Sequence record: OZ035771.1
From: Phapecoctavirus DIJ07P2
Direction: 5' to 3' (one strand)
DNA: 64,000 bases
Shown here: piece by piece, positions 45,891 through 54,242 of the stretch
How the letters are laid out: every line of letters begins with the position of its first letter
How positions within the stretch are numbered: the stretch's first letter is position 1
Made by a program: the position numbers and the translations under genes
The notes under the pieces: model-generated
Told to the model about the DNA's origin: nothing
What the model saw: the letters and a program-made list of their open reading frames with translations, nothing else
Database searches by the model: none

Positions 45891-46141
45891 TGCTAAATAT
45901 CAAGCCTAAGATGATTACTGAAGATCAAAAAGATTACATTTATAAATGTGGTCGGGTGTGGAAAGAATACACTAAAGGTAATGAAGTTATTGTAGTTACG
46001 GAACATGCTATTTCTTTATCAGATCTTTTTGGTGATTATTTGCAAGTCATTAAAATTGGTATTGACAGAGGTTTGGTGCAGGTGTTAACATTATCCCAAG
46101 TTGAAGCAGAACACTTAGACAAAATCATTGTCGAGTTCTAA
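45890..46141 (+). CDS. hypothetical protein (83 aa)
   Basis: track ORF. Confidence 0.4.
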   Translation: MLNIKPKMITEDQKDYIYKCGRVWKEYTKGNEVIVVTEHAISLSDLFGDYLQVIKIGIDRGLVQVLTLSQVEAEHLDKIIVEF

Positions 46142-46154
46142 GAGGAGAAAGAAT

Positions 46155-46319
46155 ATGATCTCTTTAGAATCAATAGCTTTTAAGAAGGGGTATACCGCAG
46201 GGTTCAAGTTTGGTATGTTTAATAAAGTAAATCCATATTGTCCAAAGACACACAAAAAGGAATTCGAAGAATGGGAAGATGGATTTTCTAAAGGCTACCA
46301 GGCAAAGGGTTGGTTGTAA
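46155..46319 (+). CDS. small hypothetical protein (54 aa)
   Basis: ATG 46155 with SD aagaggag, preferred over track start 46128. Confidence 0.4.
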   Translation: MISLESIAFKKGYTAGFKFGMFNKVNPYCPKTHKKEFEEWEDGFSKGYQAKGWL

Positions 46320-46328
46320 GGAGAGAAT

Positions 46329-46493
46329 ATGATTTTAAACTTCATCATCAACTTGTGTTTGACATTGGGACTACTCTGTGCAATAGTATCCCCTCTGGTT
46401 GGTGAATATTTTTCTGAACTGGCGATGTTTATAGTTCTTGGTGCGGCTGTTGCTAACATGTTTGTCGCTGCGATTTGTATGTTGTGGGAATAG
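46329..46493 (+). CDS. small membrane protein (54 aa)
   Basis: ATG 46329 with SD aaggagag; hydrophobic throughout; stop TAG 46491-46493; below track cut-off. Confidence 0.4.
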   Translation: MILNFIINLCLTLGLLCAIVSPLVGEYFSELAMFIVLGAAVANMFVAAICMLWE

Positions 46494-46504
46494 GAGGGAA
46501 GTTT

Positions 46505-46861
46505 ATGAAAAAATTAATCTTAGCCACATTGCTGGCTACCGTAAGCTTCACCACTTACGCTCAAAAATTTGTAGCAGTTAAAACAGATATTGGTAAAGAT
46601 GTTGTGATCACAGGCAACAAGTTTTACTATACACCTGGGAATGGTGTTCTAGAAGAGTGCAAAGATGTTGAGGCATATACAGGAAAAGAAGATAACACGG
46701 AACGTCCTTTTTATTCGATTATAGCTACTTGCAAAAATGAAATAGTAGCTATTAAACAATACAAAGATGCACCTGGAGGAGAGTACTTATTAATCAAGAA
46801 TATTAAGAGTGAAAAAACTGCAAAGTTTACAGTAATTATTTTAAAAGGAGAAACGTTCTAA
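46505..46861 (+). CDS. secreted protein (118 aa)
   Basis: ATG 46505 with SD aggaggg; signal peptide MKKLILATLLATVSFTTYAQ. Confidence 0.45.
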   Translation: MKKLILATLLATVSFTTYAQKFVAVKTDIGKDVVITGNKFYYTPGNGVLEECKDVEAYTGKEDNTERPFYSIIATCKNEIVAIKQYKDAPGGEYLLIKNIKSEKTAKFTVIILKGETF

Positions 46862-48000
46862 TGAAATACACTATTTTTGGAGATGTGGCTGTTGTAAATA
46901 AGGAATATGGTGTTGAAGCTAATAAACTTCCTGCTGGAGTTTGGGTTGTCAACTGCGATCCGCACGGTAACTACTCTTTAGTGCGTGGCGAAAGTTTCTC
47001 TCTTCCGAACACTCTTTATGGGGAAACTAAAGACCGCGCCGCACATATTATTAAAACATTTGCTCGTCGTAGTAAAGAAGGTAAAAATACTGGGGTGTTA
47101 CTGACAGGGACAAAGGGCAGTGGTAAGACGATGTTAGCTAAACTGATTAGCATGTCCCTAATGTCCACAGAAGGTTTAGGTATTCCAACCATTTTGGTGA
47201 CACAGCCTTACACAGATGCTGGATTCTTAGAATTTATGAGTAAAATTACAGATCGTGCTGTTGTTTTATTTGACGAGTTTGATAAAGTGTACGCTAAGAA
47301 AGAAGATCAGGAAGCACTGTTGACCTTGTTGGATGGAACAGGAAGTGGAAATAAACTTTACATCCTCACTAAAAATAGTGGCTATATCTCGGAATATTTT
47401 GTAAACCGTCCTAGTCGTATCTACTACAGTTTCAATTACGATAAACTGTCTAGTGAAACTATGTTAGATTACTTGGATAAGAACTTGGTAAATAAAAAGC
47501 ACGTAGATAACTTCCAACGTTTATGGGATGTTAGCACAGAGTTGTCTTTCGATGTTATTCAAGGCATTGTAGAAGAATTGAATTTCTATCCAAAAATGAC
47601 TTTTAAAGAATGTCTGGAAATGATGGGTATTTCTTTAGGCAACGATGCTAAATGGAATGTGGCTTCTATCGTAGCTAATGGCAAAACACTGAAGGTGAAT
47701 TGGATCAATAACTGGCACGACTTCACCCCTACTAAGTTTTTGTCGGGTGCTTGTTCCCTGAACATCTATCTGCAAAGCTTGAAAGATGATGAAGTTGAAG
47801 CAATGGAAACCAACAGTTATGTTATCCTGGATGAAGATGGTGATCCACATATTGATCTATGTGCAACGGCGGATGGTCTAACTTGTGATCTGATTGAAGG
47901 TGGTAAGATTCTGGTTATGAGCACTACACCAGGAAACACTCTGCGAGTGGTGCTGGAGCCTGTAACACAACGTTCCACCACACTGGGTAGCGTGTTCTAA
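46861..48000 (+). CDS. AAA-type ATPase
   Basis: Walker A GVLLTGTKGSGKTMLAKLI and Walker B VVLFDEFDKV. Confidence 0.55.
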   Translation: MKYTIFGDVAVVNKEYGVEANKLPAGVWVVNCDPHGNYSLVRGESFSLPNTLYGETKDRAAHIIKTFARRSKEGKNTGVLLTGTKGSGKTMLAKLISMSLMSTEGLGIPTILVTQPYTDAGFLEFMSKITDRAVVLFDEFDKVYAKKEDQEALLTLLDGTGSGNKLYILTKNSGYISEYFVNRPSRIYYSFNYDKLSSETMLDYLDKNLVNKKHVDNFQRLWDVSTELSFDVIQGIVEELNFYPKMTFKECLEMMGISLGNDAKWNVASIVANGKTLKVNWINNWHDFTPTKFLSGACSLNIYLQSLKDDEVEAMETNSYVILDEDGDPHIDLCATADGLTCDLIEGGKILVMSTTPGNTLRVVLEPVTQRSTTLGSVF

Positions 48001-48015
48001 TAAGGCTACCTTATT

Positions 48016-48042
48016 AAACCCGCTTCGGCGGGTTTTGTTATA
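48016..48042 (+). terminator. rho-independent terminator
   Basis: aaacccgcttcggcgggttt hairpin plus tgttat. Confidence 0.55.
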
Positions 48043-48077
48043 TTGATTTCAGTTTAATAGGAAGAGAATTGTTAGAT

Positions 48078-49076
48078 ATGCCAGTAAAGAAGAGTATTGA
48101 AACATATATGGAAGAATGTAAGCCGATAGCTGAGGCTAAAGGGATTACCATTCTCGGCACGTATGGAGAAGATAAAGGTGTGCATACGAAGATGATCAAT
48201 AGTTGTGAGCATGGTCATGAATGGAATACTACAACGTTTCACAGTTTTAAAGATGGTCGAGGTTGTCCTAAGTGCGCCTACAGGGAACGTTCGAAAAAGA
48301 GAAGCAAAGCTATCACTATTCCAGACCAGCAACACATACAAGATTTTATGAAGGTAGGTAAATTTAAGGAAGGCACTATTTTCACCAATACAGGGGAACG
48401 TAAAGGGTGTGATATAGTATGGATGGTTGAATGTCCTGTTTGCTCTCATGATGAATATGTGGAAGCTGGGGTGTGTGATGGTAAATTCTATGCTACCGGA
48501 AGTCATCTTAAACGTGGGTGTCTCCCTTGCCGCTGTTCTACGAGTTACAAATACACAGAGGATCAGACCACCTATAGAACAAGAAAGGAAGTAGAAAGGA
48601 GAGGATATATATTGGTAGGATGGATCGGTAAACCTTCAACAATGGGTAAGTTTAAATATAGATGTAAGGAGCACGGGGAACAGATAGGGCGTGCAGATGG
48701 TTTGCTACATAAGGGGAGTGGGTGTCCGCAGTGCGGGGGCCAAAATCAACAACAATGTTACATTAATCATATTTATGATGAAGATGGTATTCTTTGTGCA
48801 CTGAAGTTTGGTATTGCCAATAGTAGTGATCGCCGTATCAAAGAACAGAATAGCCGCAATGTGTTTACTATGAGACAAGTTCAAGTGTGGCAGTTCCCCA
48901 CTGTGAAGCAGTGTAAAAATTCAGAAAAGTATTGCAAAAAGGTGTTAGACACAGAAGCAGTGAGCAAATATGCTATGCCAGACGGCTACACAGAAACAGT
49001 GGAGCTATCTTGTCTGGCATCAATACAAAACATTTATAAACTTTATGGTGGAATATTACAGGAGGAAACATGTTAG
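48078..49076 (+). CDS. zinc-ribbon-rich protein with C-terminal GIY-YIG/T5orf172-like region
   Basis: four CxxC pairs (CPKCAY, CPVCSH, CLPCRC, CPQCGG); C-terminal YINHIYDEDGILCALKFGIANSSDRRIKEQ; ATG 48078 with SD aggaagag. Confidence 0.4.
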   Translation: MPVKKSIETYMEECKPIAEAKGITILGTYGEDKGVHTKMINSCEHGHEWNTTTFHSFKDGRGCPKCAYRERSKKRSKAITIPDQQHIQDFMKVGKFKEGTIFTNTGERKGCDIVWMVECPVCSHDEYVEAGVCDGKFYATGSHLKRGCLPCRCSTSYKYTEDQTTYRTRKEVERRGYILVGWIGKPSTMGKFKYRCKEHGEQIGRADGLLHKGSGCPQCGGQNQQQCYINHIYDEDGILCALKFGIANSSDRRIKEQNSRNVFTMRQVQVWQFPTVKQCKNSEKYCKKVLDTEAVSKYAMPDGYTETVELSCLASIQNIYKLYGGILQEETC

Positions 49077-49435
49077 TTGACGTTCAAATTATGCGCAACG
49101 AAAGAATGGACTTCTTTGAAGCAGTAGAGAAACATCTGATCAGATGGGACTATGAATTTGTTCCTGCTGGATGTGGACCAGTAGAGCATTTAGCGGAAGA
49201 CGACGATGTATACATGATCATTCGTCAAGTGTACCAGACAGACCAGTGTGAAGAAACTCCCGAACTGATTTTGTTTGAGTGTAAAGATCTTGCAAAATAT
49301 TTTGACTATGGCGGAAAAGAGGGTCATAATCTCTCCAGATACAATAAACGTCTACTTATCTTAGACTACATGCGGAACAATAAACACAAACTCATCGACG
49401 CAGACGCAGTTTATGGCTACTGGTGGATGGATTAA
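49070..49435 (+). CDS. hypothetical protein (121 aa)
   Basis: track ORF; SD aggagg. Confidence 0.45.
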   Translation: MLVDVQIMRNERMDFFEAVEKHLIRWDYEFVPAGCGPVEHLAEDDDVYMIIRQVYQTDQCEETPELILFECKDLAKYFDYGGKEGHNLSRYNKRLLILDYMRNNKHKLIDADAVYGYWWMD

Positions 49436-49448
49436 CAAAGGAGAAACT

Positions 49449-49628
49449 ATGGCACGTTTAGCAGACCATGAAATCTTTAAACCTATTCTGAACCACTATG
49501 ATGAACTTAAAGCAGTGTTGGATTGTTATAGAGAGGATGAAGAACGTTTGGAAGTCAATCTTAAGATAGTTCTGATGAAAGCTTTTCAAGACGGGCAAGC
49601 TAAAGTTTTAGAAGGCATGAAAAAATGA
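49449..49628 (+). CDS. small hypothetical protein (59 aa)
   Basis: ATG 49449 with SD aaaggag, preferred over track start 49413. Confidence 0.4.
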   Translation: MARLADHEIFKPILNHYDELKAVLDCYREDEERLEVNLKIVLMKAFQDGQAKVLEGMKK

Positions 49629-50167
49629 GAATAACTGATGAATATGTATTCTTCTTTTCACATAAAGATGTGTTTAGTAATTGGTATATTGCACCCTTTA
49701 CAGAAACTGAACCAGGTTACAATGAGACTTTCTGTTGTGTTGAGCAATATATGATGTGGCGTAAGGCTTTGCTGTTCAAGGATCATGCGATTGCAGCAGC
49801 TATCCTTGATCACTCAACTATACGTGACAACGAGAGGAAACAAGCATACTACAAACGTATGGGTCGAGCGGTATCTGGTTTTAATAATGATATGTGGGAA
49901 GAGAACCGTGAGCGTATTGTTATGCGAGGTTTATGCTTGAAATATGTACAGAATCCAGATTTGTATGCAGACTTACACCTTTACCAATACAAAACGTTTG
50001 TTGAAGCAAGTCCTTACGATAAGGTTTACGGTATTGGAATGGGAATGTATGAACCAGGGGTGCTAAATCCGGTCAACTGGAAAGGGCAAAATCTTTTAGG
50101 TAAATATCATAACAAACTGATCGAAATACTTTTCCCAGACAAAATACCGCAAAGACGATATTTGTGA
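49625..50167 (+). CDS. NADAR (YbiA-like) domain protein
   Basis: FSNWYIAPF ... VEQYMMWRKALLF ... YKRMGRAV ... WEENRERIVMRGLCLKYVQNPDL ... EASPYDKVYGIGMG matches YbiA/NADAR pattern. Confidence 0.65.
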   Translation: MRITDEYVFFFSHKDVFSNWYIAPFTETEPGYNETFCCVEQYMMWRKALLFKDHAIAAAILDHSTIRDNERKQAYYKRMGRAVSGFNNDMWEENRERIVMRGLCLKYVQNPDLYADLHLYQYKTFVEASPYDKVYGIGMGMYEPGVLNPVNWKGQNLLGKYHNKLIEILFPDKIPQRRYL

Positions 50168-50222
50168 TATTTTAACTTTTTTCATTTTTAGAACAAAGGT
50201 GTCACTTTGTAGCACAGAAATA

Positions 50223-50260
50223 AGGCTCCTACAGCACCGTAGAGAGCCTATTATTTTGTC
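50223..50260 (+). terminator. rho-independent terminator after rightward early block
   Basis: aggctcctacagcaccgtagagagcct interrupted hairpin followed by attattttgtc. Confidence 0.5.
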
Positions 50261-50390
50261 CTATACAAACCCTTGTCTTTTTCAGTTTGCATCACTAGGA
50301 TTCGATCTGAGTGGGTTCCTGAAGGTCTGCCAATAAGATTAAAGGTTATCTCAAATTCCCACTACCTATTATCTCAAAAATCCCTCAAAT

Positions 50391-50596
50391 TATTTAAACT
50401 TTTTAAGAATTTACAAAAGTGAAAGTTGAAAACCAAAATTTAAAGTTTAGGAAAATTATCTTAAAATGTCAGATACAAAACAAAACTCAAAAGTCAAGGA
50501 AAATTTTAAAAATTTTGCGCGCCCACAGTATTTAAAGTTTTTTTGCTTTTACAAAAATGAAAGTACAAAAGCAAAATTTAAAGTTTACAAAAATTT
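50391..50596. repeat. AT-rich direct repeats (two ~65-bp copies plus a degenerate middle copy)
   Basis: tatttaaaCtttttaagaatttacaaaaGtgaaagt...caaaatttaaagttta versus tatttaaaGtttttttgcttttacaaaaAtgaaagt...caaaatttaaagttta. Confidence 0.6.
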
Positions 50597-50607
50597 ATGC
50601 AGATGGG

Positions 50608-50721
50608 AATGAGAAGAGTTCTCATATGGAAATGCAAATGATAATGATTCGCATTTAGGTTTATAAATGAGATTGATTCTTATTTGATAAGGTAAATGAT
50701 AATCATTCTCATTTAGAGAAT
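50608..50721. promoter_or_regulatory. cluster of palindromic TTCTCAT/ATGAGAA-type boxes resembling Fur boxes
   Basis: atgagaaGAGttctcat (perfect IR); aaatgataatgattcgcattt; aaatgataatcattctcatttagagaatg (cattctc-N5-gagaatg). Confidence 0.45.
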
Positions 50722-50972
50722 GACGCGCAGGGGCGGTGTTTGTCTCGCGCTCCCGTGTCCCCTCGCCATGTAATAAGAATAACAGATCCAGCCAGGAAAG
50801 CAAGCGATTATTTTATCTTTACATTTCTTTACAAATATATAGCGCCCAGCCTACCGGCGATCAACCTTCCAACCAGCGCCCTGGTATGTTAGCCCCGCCT
50901 TTACGCCGTGGGGGTGGCGCTTCCTCTTCTGTATGTAAAACAGTATAAGCCCGATCCCTGGGCTTGTCAAGA

Positions 50973-51239
50973 TTATTTTTTGTTTTCTTGCCAGGTTAGG
51001 ACACCTAGCCAAAAATGAATATCACCTTTTCCCCAATGTGGTATATTGCTTTCTTTCCCACCTTCACGCGCCCAGGTAAAACCGCCCGTGTAACTTTGTA
51101 ATTGATAACTATCCTCGACCTTATAATCTGATAGGTTGAGAACTGTTTCAACCTTTAAGCCCGTTGCGCTTGCTACCTGGTGCACCGTGCCGCCTTGCCA
51201 GCCCAATGAGTGCATAAGGTGTAATGTAGTATTTGTCAT
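50973..51239 (-). CDS. hypothetical protein (88 aa), isolated leftward gene
   Basis: track ORF; only weak SD; sits inside otherwise non-coding GC-rich island, so uncertain. Confidence 0.3.
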   Translation of the reverse strand: MTNTTLHLMHSLGWQGGTVHQVASATGLKVETVLNLSDYKVEDSYQLQSYTGGFTWAREGGKESNIPHWGKGDIHFWLGVLTWQENKK

Positions 51240-51348
51240 GGTGTCGCCCTTTCTTTGTTGTGCGCCCTGGTTGGCGCGGTAGAAAGATGATAGCCCTTTC
51301 CTTTATATATAGCAAGCAAAAAGAAAATAAAAAAGATTGAAAAAGTGA

Positions 51349-51406
51349 TTGACGTTCGCCAGGTGGCGGCATAATATTTACCACGTAGGGCGGCAATGGT
51401 GCCGCT
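51349..51406 (+). promoter_or_regulatory. early promoter + 5' stem-loop cassette, unit 1
   Basis: TTGACG, N16, ATAATA; ccacgtaggg then stem-loop ggcggcaATGGtgccgct; ATG 51427. Confidence 0.55.
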
Positions 51407-51426
51407 CATTATTTGGAATTAAGATC

Positions 51427-51624
51427 ATGGCAACATTGCACATTGTGGCGAAAGCTGGACAAATCAACGTAGTAGTAAACGGTTTTACTGAGTTCAGTCA
51501 TCCCCAGGATGATCATGAAACGGTTTTATCTTTCATTGATTCACTGTTAGAAATGGGAGTCATTACAGAAGACCAGCACGCTACAAAATGCAAACGCGTT
51601 AATCAGATTGCAGGAATAGAATAA
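51427..51624 (+). CDS. small early protein (65 aa)
   Basis: first ATG downstream of cassette 1; track start 51349 lies in promoter. Confidence 0.5.
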   Translation: MATLHIVAKAGQINVVVNGFTEFSHPQDDHETVLSFIDSLLEMGVITEDQHATKCKRVNQIAGIE

Positions 51625-51630
51625 AAAGTA

Positions 51631-51690
51631 TTGACAACAACCAACAACCTGATAAGATGTATCACATAAGGCGGGAAATGGTTTCCCGCT
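51631..51690 (+). promoter_or_regulatory. early promoter + 5' stem-loop cassette, unit 2
   Basis: TTGACA, N16, TAAGAT; stem-loop ggcgggaaaTGGtttcccgc; SD gagag; ATG 51714. Confidence 0.6.
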
Positions 51691-51713
51691 CACAACAGAA
51701 GAGAGAAATCATC

Positions 51714-51986
51714 ATGGCATCATATAGCGCAACAATGATCGTAGCTGGTACCACTGGTAAACCTATGAGCGGTGGCGGATCTTTCGCTAATATTAATATT
51801 GATGGGCGTTTATCCCTGGACGCAGCGATCACCGTGGCGCGGGAAACATTTAAGAAAGAATGTGATTTCAACAAGCAAGATTATTTAGGTTTTGCTATTG
51901 AAAAAACGGCGCGTTTTGTTGATTATAAAAGTCCGAAAATGGTTGATACTACACTAAAAGCGCAAGATGTAGCCTTTTTGCTTTAA
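51714..51986 (+). CDS. small early protein (90 aa)
   Basis: ATG 51714 with SD; track start 51657 lies in -10 region. Confidence 0.5.
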   Translation: MASYSATMIVAGTTGKPMSGGGSFANINIDGRLSLDAAITVARETFKKECDFNKQDYLGFAIEKTARFVDYKSPKMVDTTLKAQDVAFLL

Positions 51987-51988
51987 GG

Positions 51989-52046
51989 CTTGACATTAAC
52001 GAATAATTTGTTAATATGTTACATAAAGCGGGAACTATTCCCGCTA
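51989..52046 (+). promoter_or_regulatory. early promoter + 5' stem-loop cassette, unit 3
   Basis: TTGACA, N16, TAATAT; stem-loop agcgggaaCTAttcccgct; ATG 52063. Confidence 0.6.
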
Positions 52047-52062
52047 TTTGTAAGGTGGTAGA

Positions 52063-52320
52063 ATGTTTTACATCAAATTAAAAGGTCACGTGATCGCGTT
52101 CAAGGATAACGCTTTTTACAGATTAGCAAAATATGCGTTAATACATCCCCATTATGTTTATATAAGGGGGCGTGATGAAATAAATATCTTTGATCAAACA
52201 ACATGCGAGAACATCGAGATCCGCAAGGTTGGCGTACGTGACTATCGTACATCTTTCTACCCTTGCAAGGATTCAGCAAGTCTTTTTAAAGTATGCCAAT
52301 TGTTGAAAAAAGGTGGTTAA
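52063..52320 (+). CDS. small early protein (85 aa)
   Basis: track ORF; SD aaggtgg. Confidence 0.5.
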   Translation: MFYIKLKGHVIAFKDNAFYRLAKYALIHPHYVYIRGRDEINIFDQTTCENIEIRKVGVRDYRTSFYPCKDSASLFKVCQLLKKGG

Positions 52321-52321
52321 T

Positions 52322-52879
52322 ATGGGCCGCGAATATGTGATCCAGTCTTGGGTAAAACATGAAGCAGATGATCCGCGCATCATTCCTGATTATCTTGTCG
52401 ATGAATCCACGGGCTATAGCGGGGAGCAAATAGGTAACAGATTAGCACGTAGTAACGGCAACGTAAAAGCGCGTTATGTGCGCCCTGGCTGGCTGGCAAA
52501 TGGTAACGCTGATTTATCCAGTGCGGAAGATGCGAGCGACGGCGCGAAAGATAATCCTTTGTACAAAGTTGATCCGGCTTTTCGTGTCCTGGATGAATAC
52601 CCCAGCAAGATAGCGGCGCTCGATCAGGCCCTGGAAAGTAAGCGCATCACCTGGACCGCTTACAACATGGCAAAAAACGTACTTGATGGTAAATTGATTC
52701 AAGCTGAAAGAAAATTAGCCAAAATTGCAGCCATAGCCCAGGAGGAAGACGAGGAGACAACGGAAGAGGAAGAGTACGAAGAGATCCCGCCGTTGTTGTG
52801 TGTTGATGCTTTTCCTGATTATCAGCCGACAGAGGAAGAAAAAAGGATCGCACTAGAAAACTTTGAAAATAGTCTTTGA
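52322..52879 (+). CDS. early protein (185 aa) with acidic C-terminal region
   Basis: ATG 52322 with SD aaaggtgg; EEDEETTEEEEYEE tract; second cistron of unit 3. Confidence 0.5.
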   Translation: MGREYVIQSWVKHEADDPRIIPDYLVDESTGYSGEQIGNRLARSNGNVKARYVRPGWLANGNADLSSAEDASDGAKDNPLYKVDPAFRVLDEYPSKIAALDQALESKRITWTAYNMAKNVLDGKLIQAERKLAKIAAIAQEEDEETTEEEEYEEIPPLLCVDAFPDYQPTEEEKRIALENFENSL

Positions 52880-52934
52880 CATATCGCCGCCACTGGCATA
52901 ATATTTACCACGTAGGGCGGCAATGGTGCCGCTC
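52876..52934 (+). promoter_or_regulatory. early promoter + 5' stem-loop cassette, unit 4
   Basis: TTGACA, N16, ATAATA; stem-loop gggcggcaATGGtgccgct; ATG 52962. Confidence 0.55.
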
Positions 52935-52961
52935 ATAGTGAAATTATGCAAGAGGCTTACA

Positions 52962-53057
52962 ATGATTAATAAAGGAAATAGCTTGACGGTTGGAACGATT
53001 AACGCTATCATTCTCGCCGTTCCATTTTGGGTTGTAGTAGCGGCTATTATTTTCTAA
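52962..53057 (+). CDS. hydrophobic micro-protein (31 aa)
   Basis: only ORF between cassettes 4 and 5; SD agagg; MINKGNSLTVGTINAIILAVPFWVVVAAIIF. Confidence 0.35.
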   Translation: MINKGNSLTVGTINAIILAVPFWVVVAAIIF

Positions 53058-53066
53058 AAAATATTC

Positions 53067-53127
53067 TTGACAACGTTTTTTAATCTGATAAGATGTATCA
53101 CATAGGGCGGCGGAATACTTCCCCGCC
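53067..53127 (+). promoter_or_regulatory. early promoter + 5' stem-loop cassette, unit 5
   Basis: TTGACA, N16, TAAGAT; stem-loop ggcggcggaatacttccccgcc; ATG 53149. Confidence 0.6.
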
Positions 53128-53148
53128 AAAACAAAAAAGGGTAACACA

Positions 53149-53511
53149 ATGAGCAAGCAAATCAATACTATCATGTTTAATCTGGTATCTTTCCGCGATG
53201 ATATGAAAAATTTACCACGTGAAACGGTTGATATTCATGTTTCAGCTTATCGCGCCCTTATTGACATGTTACCGCTAAAACGTGATCAACATGCCGCTAA
53301 TATGATGCTTAATGCTATGCTTAAAAAGATGATTCAAACGGATCTCACCCTGGCATATGAGTATCAAGGGCGCTTATATGCAAATTACAACAGAGCGGTA
53401 CCTGGTCTGGGAAGTACTGAAGAGTTGCACGGCTTAAACCTGGATCAAAACACTTGGGATAGTATGCGCCGCGTTATGGTATGGGCCGAAAGCGGTAAAA
53501 TTTACGAATAA
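53149..53511 (+). CDS. small early protein (120 aa)
   Basis: track ORF; SD aaggg. Confidence 0.5.
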   Translation: MSKQINTIMFNLVSFRDDMKNLPRETVDIHVSAYRALIDMLPLKRDQHAANMMLNAMLKKMIQTDLTLAYEYQGRLYANYNRAVPGLGSTEELHGLNLDQNTWDSMRRVMVWAESGKIYE

Positions 53512-53517
53512 AAACGG

Positions 53518-53574
53518 TTGACACTGTTTTTTATTCTGGTATAGTTTATCACGTAGGGCGGCAATGGTGCCGCC
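53518..53574 (+). promoter_or_regulatory. early promoter + 5' stem-loop cassette, unit 6
   Basis: TTGACA, N16, TATAGT; stem-loop gggcggcaATGGtgccgcc; ATG 53595. Confidence 0.6.
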
Positions 53575-53594
53575 AACAATAAAAGGTTAACATC

Positions 53595-53774
53595 ATGACC
53601 ATCATTGCAAAAACTGAGATTATAGGTTTAGATTCGATCCTCCTGGCTTATGAGGAAACTTTAAAAATGTATGTAGTGACCTATGGTGATTATGTGCGTG
53701 AATACGAATACATTGATCTTGCTTTCGAATGTTACATTCGCCAGGTCAATAAAGCCTATAACGATTATCGTTAA
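53595..53774 (+). CDS. small early protein (59 aa)
   Basis: ATG 53595 with SD aaaagg; stop 53772-53774; below track cut-off. Confidence 0.45.
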   Translation: MTIIAKTEIIGLDSILLAYEETLKMYVVTYGDYVREYEYIDLAFECYIRQVNKAYNDYR

Positions 53775-53793
53775 AAGTTTTAGTCTTATACTA

Positions 53794-53846
53794 TTGACAA
53801 TGAGTGATAGTATAAGCATAATAACTTTTATCGGGAATACTTCCCA
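53794..53846 (+). promoter_or_regulatory. early promoter + short 5' stem-loop cassette, unit 7
   Basis: TTGACA, N17, CATAAT; short stem gggaaTACttccc; ATG 53871. Confidence 0.5.
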
Positions 53847-53870
53847 CTAACCAAAAAAGAGAGTAATATC

Positions 53871-54236
53871 ATGGCTATTAATATCAATGTTTCCTCTTAT
53901 GCTACCCTGGCTGACACGGCTAAAATTGAATTATCCAGCATTGAGGCGGTGCATATTAGCGCCCGTCGTTGGTTTCAACAGTCCTACGGTAACACATATT
54001 TTTCTTTAATGGTTGACGTTGAGATCGGCGGTAAACTGATCGAGGTGGTTAACGTTCCGTTTCAATATGGTTATGGTGATCATTTTGATACCGTCGCCCT
54101 GGAAGAATTTAGCAAGGTTATTAATATGGAAGGTAAAGAGTTTTCACGCGGCGCGTATCTTTCCCGTTTTTGCCGTGATAATGGGATCACTGTATACAGT
54201 CATGCGAGCGATGTTAAACGTAAAAAAGATTTATAA
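53871..54236 (+). CDS. small early protein (121 aa)
   Basis: track ORF; SD agagag. Confidence 0.5.
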   Translation: MAININVSSYATLADTAKIELSSIEAVHISARRWFQQSYGNTYFSLMVDVEIGGKLIEVVNVPFQYGYGDHFDTVALEEFSKVINMEGKEFSRGAYLSRFCRDNGITVYSHASDVKRKKDL

Positions 54237-54242
54237 AAAGCA

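Noticed and set aside
50170-50400. Possible tRNA gene in the non-coding region after the NADAR gene (ggattcgatctgagtgggttcc looked T-arm-like)
   Set aside because: No canonical GTTCGAATC-type T-loop with matching acceptor stem could be built by eye; would need tRNAscan-type analysis to exclude
51657-51713. N-terminal extensions of several array ORFs as given by the ORF track (51349, 51657, 57068, 57572, 58612)
   Set aside because: The extended starts fall inside the -10 element or the 5' stem-loop of the cassette; downstream ATGs with SD were preferred
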